A program made the position numbers and the translations under genes. From Neisseria sp. KEM232 (GTDB lineage Bacteria > Pseudomonadota > Gammaproteobacteria > Burkholderiales > Neisseriaceae), in NCBI RefSeq assembly GCF_002237445.1, contig NZ_CP022527.1:2063134-2095133 (forward strand): a stretch of 32,000 bases of DNA, in the 5' to 3' direction. Below, one piece after another: positions 26,898 to 32,000 of this stretch (position 1 is its first letter; each line of letters opens with the position of its first letter). Under the pieces are notes generated by a model that saw nothing but the letters and a program-made list of their open reading frames with translations, was not told the origin of the DNA and ran no database searches.

Positions 26898-27389
26898 ATG
26901 CAAAACAAAAAAATGTCTTACGTTGGTTTTACCTTAGTCGAGATGATGGTTACAGTTGCCATTATCGGTATCCTTGCCGCAATTGCAATTCCGTCTTATC
27001 AGGAACATGTAGAAAAAACCAATTTGGCTTATGCCCAATCGGAAATGTCTGAGGCTGCTACTTTTTTCAAATCGGAAATGGTTAAAAAACCCGGTTATTT
27101 TGAGAACGACATCAAAACAGAAGGAAAGCTTAAGACTGAAGCTGACAAAATAATTGATTCCGAAATAAGGGGAAAATACGACTTTAATGTTTCATTTATT
27201 ACAAGATCTCCGGCTGATGCCTACAAGGTCGGCTTCCGCGCCTATGCCGTACCTAAGAATTCAGGTTACCGTTATGCGGCTTGGGCGGACAGCAGAGGTG
27301 CTAATTATGCCTGTATCGGAAACAATAGGGCAGCAAATATAGCGGCAGCAAAAGCGTTTCAGACGACTTCTCCCTGTGTCGTGAAATAA
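26898..27389 (+). CDS. pilX: Type IV pilin-like protein (PilX/PilL- or PilE-like minor pilin)
   Basis: Prepilin motif VG/FTLVEMMVTVAIIGILAAIAIPSYQ. A C-terminal Cys pair (C139...C160) forms a D-region. Confidence 0.7.
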   Translation: MQNKKMSYVGFTLVEMMVTVAIIGILAAIAIPSYQEHVEKTNLAYAQSEMSEAATFFKSEMVKKPGYFENDIKTEGKLKTEADKIIDSEIRGKYDFNVSFITRSPADAYKVGFRAYAVPKNSGYRYAAWADSRGANYACIGNNRAANIAAAKAFQTTSPCVVK

Positions 27390-27411
27390 TTTGAATTGTC
27401 TAATAGCTTCC

Positions 27412-27460
27412 TCAAACAAACAGCCCGCGAATCTGTTTTCAGTTCGCGGGCTGTTTGTTT
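27412..27460 (+). terminator. Strong terminator of the minor-pilin operon
   Basis: Perfect 19-bp stem CAAACAAACAGCCCGCGAA / TTCGCGGGCTGTTTGTTTG with an 11-nt loop. Confidence 0.8.
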
Positions 27461-27519
27461 GTCCCGCCGAATCACATTACAATCGCTTCCTTTTTTAAAT
27501 GCTTGTCGCATACATACAA

Positions 27520-28368
27520 ATGCAGCCCTTGGAATATTGCCGTGAAAAAGTATTGTCCAGCCGCTCCAATTTTTTAGCGGGGTTTCGTTTTCTCGAACGG
27601 GAGAAGCGTGACGCTTTGCTTGTTTTGTATGCATTTTGCCGCGAGTTGGACGATGTGGCCGACGATTGTTCGGATGCTGCGGTTGCCAATATTTCTTTGC
27701 AATGGTGGCGTGGTGATTTGGCTAAAGTTTTTTCAGACGGCCTCCCCGAACATCCCGTAAACCGTGCTTTGCAGCAGGTGGCGGCGGATTTTTCACTACC
27801 TCACGAAGAACTGTCGGAAATTATTGAAGGCATGCAGATGGATTTGCAGCAGGTGCGCTATGCCGATTTTGCCGCGCTGTCGCTGTACTGCCACCGCGTT
27901 GCCGGCGTAGTGGGGTGCCTGATTGCGCGGATTCTGGGGTTTTCCAATGTCCAAACCCTGCTGTATGCGGAAAAACAGGGTTTGGCTTTGCAGCTGACCA
28001 ATATTATCCGCGATGTCGGCGAGGATGCGCGTATGGGGCGGATTTATCTGCCGCAGGACGAGTGTTCCCACTTCAATGTGACGGAGGATATGATTTTGCA
28101 GGCTCGGCTAACCCCCGAATTTGCCGCGCTGATGGATTTCCAAATCAAGAGGACGCAGCAGACGTATCGGGAGGCGCGTGTCCTGCTGCCGTCTGAAGAC
28201 TATAAAAAACAAAAGGCGGGATTGGTGATGGCGGCGGTGTATTACGCGCTGTTGCAGGAAATCCGCCGCGACGGTGCGGCCAACGTGCTGCGTTACAAAA
28301 CCGCCATTCCCTCGCCGCGCAAAAAGCGGATTGCCCTGAAAACCTGGCTGTTCGGATTTAACCCATGA
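27520..28368 (+). CDS. hpnD: Presqualene diphosphate synthase HpnD (squalene/phytoene synthase family)
   Basis: Starts at MQPLEYCREKV. Asp-rich motifs YAFCRELDDVADD and IIRDVGEDARMGRIYLP match the HpnD pattern rather than HpnC (from memory). Confidence 0.75.
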   Translation: MQPLEYCREKVLSSRSNFLAGFRFLEREKRDALLVLYAFCRELDDVADDCSDAAVANISLQWWRGDLAKVFSDGLPEHPVNRALQQVAADFSLPHEELSEIIEGMQMDLQQVRYADFAALSLYCHRVAGVVGCLIARILGFSNVQTLLYAEKQGLALQLTNIIRDVGEDARMGRIYLPQDECSHFNVTEDMILQARLTPEFAALMDFQIKRTQQTYREARVLLPSEDYKKQKAGLVMAAVYYALLQEIRRDGAANVLRYKTAIPSPRKKRIALKTWLFGFNP

Positions 28369-29660
28369 AAAACAAAGCGAAACAAAAAATCGCCGTAATC
28401 GGCGCGGGGTGGAGCGGTTTGTCTGCCGCTGTCAGGCTGTCAGACGCTGCCGATGTCACCGTATTTGAAGCCGGAAAAACGGCGGGTGGCAGGGCGAAAT
28501 CGCCGGCGTCGGGAAATGAGGGCTTCACTTTTTTGGACAACGGCCAGCACATCATGCTCCACGCCTACCGCAGCGTACGCCATCTGCTGGACAAAATCGG
28601 TGCGGACTGGCGGCAAAGTTGCGAACGTCTGCCGCTGCAATGGCATCTGGCCGACGGCTTGCAGTTTCAGACGGCCTCATCCCTTCCCGCGCCGCTGCAT
28701 ATCGTGTGGGGCGTATTGCGGGCGAAGAATATCGGGCTAACGGAAAAAACGGCTTTACTCGGCCAGATGCGGCGGTTGAAAAACAGAACGGGTGGAGATA
28801 TGCCCGTCGGCCGCTGGTTGGCGGAACAGCAATGTCCGCCCCGTTTGGCGGCGCGGTTTTGGCGGCCGCTGGTGCTGGGCGCATTGAACACACCTTTGGA
28901 AACGGCCGGCCTCAACGCTTTACAGGCGGTTTTACAGGACGGCGTGTGGGCGGAAAAGGACGCAGCCGATTACCTGTTGCCGAAAACCGGTTTGAGCAGC
29001 CTGCTTGCCGAACCTGCCGTGGCGTTTTTGCGCCGTCGCGGCGCGGAAGTGCGTTTCGGCCGCAGGGTAGGGCGTTTGGAAATTCTGCCCGACGGACGCG
29101 TGCGGGCGGACGGGGAGGATTTCGATGCCGTGGTTTTGGCCGTGGCTCCCTATCATGCCGCCGCACTGATGCCGTCTGAAACGCCTCCCGAAATTCAGAC
29201 GGCCTTCAACAGCATCCGCTGTCATGCCATTACCACCGTTTATCTGCGTTACCCGGAAGACGTCGGGCTGCCCGCGCCGATGTGCGGACTCTCCGATGCA
29301 ACGGTTCATTGGTTTTTCCGACGCGGCAGTTTGGGCGGCAGCGGGCGAGAAGTGGCGGCGGTAATCAGCGCTTCCGATCTCGCGGGCATCACTAGTGCCG
29401 ACGAATGGATAAGCTGCGCCGATGCCGATTTGCGCCGCATCTGCCCCAATCTCGGTGCGCCGCTGGCCGCCAAAGTCCTGACTGAAAAACGCGCCACCGC
29501 CGCCTGTGTGGCCGGGCGGCAGATTCCCGACTGTCGCTGGCTGCAACAAAACCGCATCTACCCGGCGGGCGACTATCTCCACCCGCGTTATCCCGCCACC
29601 CTCGAAGCCGCCGTGCAAAGCGGGCAGACGGCGGCGGAGCTGATTTTAAACCGCGTGTAA
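28365..29660 (+). CDS. hpnE: Hydroxysqualene dehydroxylase HpnE (FAD-dependent amine-oxidase fold)
   Basis: Rossmann motif KIAVIGAGWSGLSAA. ATGA overlaps the hpnD stop; 431 aa. Confidence 0.7.
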   Translation: MKNKAKQKIAVIGAGWSGLSAAVRLSDAADVTVFEAGKTAGGRAKSPASGNEGFTFLDNGQHIMLHAYRSVRHLLDKIGADWRQSCERLPLQWHLADGLQFQTASSLPAPLHIVWGVLRAKNIGLTEKTALLGQMRRLKNRTGGDMPVGRWLAEQQCPPRLAARFWRPLVLGALNTPLETAGLNALQAVLQDGVWAEKDAADYLLPKTGLSSLLAEPAVAFLRRRGAEVRFGRRVGRLEILPDGRVRADGEDFDAVVLAVAPYHAAALMPSETPPEIQTAFNSIRCHAITTVYLRYPEDVGLPAPMCGLSDATVHWFFRRGSLGGSGREVAAVISASDLAGITSADEWISCADADLRRICPNLGAPLAAKVLTEKRATAACVAGRQIPDCRWLQQNRIYPAGDYLHPRYPATLEAAVQSGQTAAELILNRV

Positions 29661-29717
29661 AACATCCGGCCTGTTTGCCCTTCGTCTTGCAAACGCCTGC
29701 CGCATCATGCAAAAACG

Positions 29718-29770
29718 GCGTTGAAGCCGTCTGAAAACCAAGCGCGGCCATTTTCAGACGGTTTCAACGC
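29718..29770. terminator. Long DUS-containing hairpin after hpnE
   Basis: GCGTTGAAGCCGTCTGAAAA ... TTTTCAGACGGTTTCAACGC, a 20-bp stem with one mismatch. Confidence 0.6.
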
Positions 29771-29838
29771 CTGTTTGCCGAGCAGCGGGCATCCGCATAA
29801 AAACGGCAAACCCAGCCGCAATCGAAAGGACATCCCGA

Positions 29839-30591
29839 ATGAACATCCTCATCTGCAACGACGACGGCTATCTGGCCCAGGGCATTGCCGTGCTCGCCCG
29901 CGTCGCCGCCGAATTTGCCAACGTGCGCGTCGTTGCTCCCGAGCGCAACCGTAGCGGCGTCAGCAACTCGCTCACCCTCGACCGCCCGCTGCATCTGCGC
30001 CAAGCCGAAAACGGCTTTTATTATGTCAGCGGCACGCCTACCGACTGCATCCATCTCGCCCTGCACGCCCTGCCGGATTTCAAGCCCGATTTGGTGCTTT
30101 CGGGCATCAACCACGGCGCCAATATGGGTGACGACACCCTCTATTCCGGCACCGTCGCCGCCGCTACCGAAGCCTATCTGCTCGGCATCCCCGCCGTTGC
30201 CTTCTCGCTCAACGACCACAGCGACCGCTACTGGCCGACCGCCGAAAAAGCCGCCTGGCAACTTTTGGAGCGCCTCACCGCCGAGCCGCCCGCCGAACCC
30301 GTTTTGTGGAACATCAACATCCCTGCCGTTGCTGCGGAAGACCTGCGCGGCTGCAAAATCACCCGCCTCGGCCGCCGCCACCACGAGCAGAGCATCGTTC
30401 CCGCCCGCAACCCGCGCGGCGAGCAGGTTTACTGGATAGGCGCGGCGGGAGAGGCGGCCGACAGCGAGGAGGGTACTGATTTTGCCGAATGCGCCGCAGG
30501 GTTCGTCACCATTACCCCGCTGCAAATCGACCTCACCGCCTACAACCGGCAAAGTGAAACCGCAAGGTATTGGCAGAAAGCGGTGCGATAA
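29839..30591 (+). CDS. surE: 5'/3'-nucleotidase SurE
   Basis: [16 protein letters not shown]...APERNRSG...SGINHGAN. Confidence 0.92.
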   Translation: MNILICNDDGYLAQGIAVLARVAAEFANVRVVAPERNRSGVSNSLTLDRPLHLRQAENGFYYVSGTPTDCIHLALHALPDFKPDLVLSGINHGANMGDDTLYSGTVAAATEAYLLGIPAVAFSLNDHSDRYWPTAEKAAWQLLERLTAEPPAEPVLWNINIPAVAAEDLRGCKITRLGRRHHEQSIVPARNPRGEQVYWIGAAGEAADSEEGTDFAECAAGFVTITPLQIDLTAYNRQSETARYWQKAVR

Positions 30592-30718
30592 CGCGATTTT
30601 ACAGTCCGAGCGCCCGATAAGCCGCCGCGCCGCGCCCTTCGGGGTTGAGAAGGGCGCACGCTTTGATTATGATAGCGCCCGCTCGAATCCCCCACCAATC
30701 CAAGAAGGCAAGAAGAAT

Positions 30719-31651
30719 ATGTTGAACAAGACAGTATTGAAAACCGGCTCCCTGGCCGCCGTCCTGATGCTGGGCGCCTGCTCGTGGCTGCAACAGCCCG
30801 CCGCGCCCGTTGTCGAAGGCGGCAGCACCGGCACCGGCGTTCAAAGCGGCGCGGTTACCGACGGCAATCCCTACGGCGCCGAGCCCTACCATCCGCAAAA
30901 CGAAACCGGCGCCGCCGTTTACACTCCTCCGCCTGCCTACACGCCGCCTCCCGCCGCTTCCGGCACCTACGTTCCCTCTTACGCCCCCGTGGACATCAAC
31001 GCCGCCACCCACAAAGTCGTCCGCGGCGACACCGTGTACAACATTTCCAAACGCTACAACATCACCCAAGACAACCTGCGCGCCTGGAACAATCTGATCG
31101 ACAACAACATCAGCGTCGGCCAGACCCTGCGCGTCAAACCGTCGGGCTATTCCGCCCCCGCCGCCGTGCACACCCCCGTGCCGGCTTACACGCCTCCCGC
31201 CGCTCAGACAAGCGTCAGCCAGCCTGCGGCAACGCCCGCCCCCGCCGTTACGCACACACCCGCACCTTCGGGCGGCAGCCGCACCGTTGCCGGCATCACT
31301 TGGCAGCGCCCGACTGCGGGCAACGTCGTCGCCAATTTCAGCGGCAGCAACAAAGGTGTGGACATTGCGGGCACAGCCGGACAAGTGGTTGTTGCCGCCG
31401 CCGACGGCAAAGTGGTTTACGCGGGCAACGGCCTGCGTGGCTACGGCAACCTCGTTATCGTCCAACACAACTCCACCTATCTGAGCGCCTACGGCCACAA
31501 CCAGGCGCTGCTGGTGAAAGAAGGCGATTTCGTCAAACGCGGCCAAACCATCGCCCGCATGGGCAACACCGATGCCGACCGCGTGAAACTGCATTTCGAA
31601 GTGCGGCAGGACGGCAAACCCGTCAATCCCGTCAACTACGTCGCATTCTGA
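30719..31651 (+). CDS. nlpD: LysM/M23 murein hydrolase activator lipoprotein (NlpD-like)
   Basis: 310 aa from MLNKTVLK with lipobox LMLGAC. It has a LysM domain (HKVVRGDTVYNISKRYNI) and an M23 domain (GVDIAG...YGNLVIVQH...HFEVR). The surE-nlpD order is conserved. Confidence 0.85.
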   Translation: MLNKTVLKTGSLAAVLMLGACSWLQQPAAPVVEGGSTGTGVQSGAVTDGNPYGAEPYHPQNETGAAVYTPPPAYTPPPAASGTYVPSYAPVDINAATHKVVRGDTVYNISKRYNITQDNLRAWNNLIDNNISVGQTLRVKPSGYSAPAAVHTPVPAYTPPAAQTSVSQPAATPAPAVTHTPAPSGGSRTVAGITWQRPTAGNVVANFSGSNKGVDIAGTAGQVVVAAADGKVVYAGNGLRGYGNLVIVQHNSTYLSAYGHNQALLVKEGDFVKRGQTIARMGNTDADRVKLHFEVRQDGKPVNPVNYVAF

Positions 31652-31670
31652 TACGTCCGTGCAAACAAAA

Positions 31671-31697
31671 AGGCCGTCTGAAAGTTTCAGACGGCCT
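31671..31697. terminator. Inverted DUS pair, bidirectional terminator
   Basis: AGGCCGTCTGAAAGTTTCAGACGGCCT lies between convergent genes. Confidence 0.65.
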
Positions 31698-31737
31698 TCA
31701 ATATATTGGTTTCGCTGTGCGGGTATTCGGTCTGCCT

Positions 31738-31780
31738 TTATCAAAAACACCGCCGCGATGCTGTATGTCAACAGACCCTA
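31738..31780. repeat. Partial (one-end) copy of the MITE-like family
   Basis: TATCAAAAACACCGCCGCGATGCTGTATGTCAACAGACCCTA aligns with 20899-20941 with a few mismatches. Its last 3 nt form the stop codon of the neighbouring gene. Confidence 0.55.
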
Positions 31781-31999
31781 ATCCGCCACCCGCTCCTGCG
31801 GCAGCCTGCCCGCCCAATCGCAGGCAAACTGCCAGGCCGTGCGGCCGGAGCGGCTGCCGCGCATCTGCGCCCAGTTGAGCGCCGCCTGACGCGCGGTATC
31901 GTCGAAAGGCAGGCCGTAGTGATCCAGCCAGTTGGCGGCGGCACGCAGATAGTCTTCCTGATCGAAAGGATAAAAACCCAGCCATAGGCCGAAGCGGTC
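31778..31999 (-). CDS. C-terminal part of a DUF815-type AAA ATPase (partial, runs off the window)
   Basis: Hand translation gives DRFGLWLGFYPFDQEDYLRAAANWLDHYGLPFDDTARQAALNWAQMRGSRSGRTAWQFACDWAGRLPQERVAD*. The track shows only a shadow frame because no ATG lies in the window. Confidence 0.6.
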   Translation of the reverse strand, partial: DRFGLWLGFYPFDQEDYLRAAANWLDHYGLPFDDTARQAALNWAQMRGSRSGRTAWQFACDWAGRLPQERVAD

Positions 32000-32000
32000 G

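Overview
The window is from a GC-rich Neisseriaceae chromosome. Outside one tandem array I count about 40 copies by eye of the DNA uptake sequence core GCCGTCTGAA, mostly in the AGGCCGTCTGAA (AG-DUS) form and often as inverted pairs acting as terminators. Housekeeping genes are zipA, ampD, mltG, argB, rpsJ, aspS, pyrC, an AhpD-like gene, an acyl-CoA dehydrogenase, rubredoxin, dnaB, hpnD, hpnE, surE and nlpD. Accessory and rearranged content interrupts them. (1) ligA loses its 3' half and runs into 11.5 tandem copies of a 13-bp DUS unit. (2) A small membrane-protein gene upstream of ampD is frameshifted by a perfect 16-bp tandem duplication. (3) A roughly 7.7-kb Nf/MDA-type filamentous prophage lies at about 6042-13800, with rep, ssDNA-binding-like, major coat, TspB/pIII-like, pVI-like and Zot genes plus an IS110/Piv-type recombinase. 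The recombinase has a structured ~230-nt leader. The element is bracketed by a 10-bp inverted repeat and has a C7/G9 hairpin upstream of rep. (4) rpsJ stands alone with a 46-codon tuf remnant next to a decayed IS1016-like element. (5) An Ivy-like lysozyme inhibitor gene is flanked by a foreign DUS dialect, AGGCAGCCTGAA. (6) A five-gene minor-pilin operon (pilH/I/J/K/X-like) is strongly AT-rich and DUS-free. (7) A MITE-like repeat family is present in three copies. I see no rRNA, tRNA or CRISPR. No feature is demonstrably a new system. The most hypothesis-rich items are the phage recombinase leader (candidate guide or bridge RNA), the DUS array in ligA and the DUS-dialect-flanked Ivy gene. All family assignments come from reading the translations, not from database searches.
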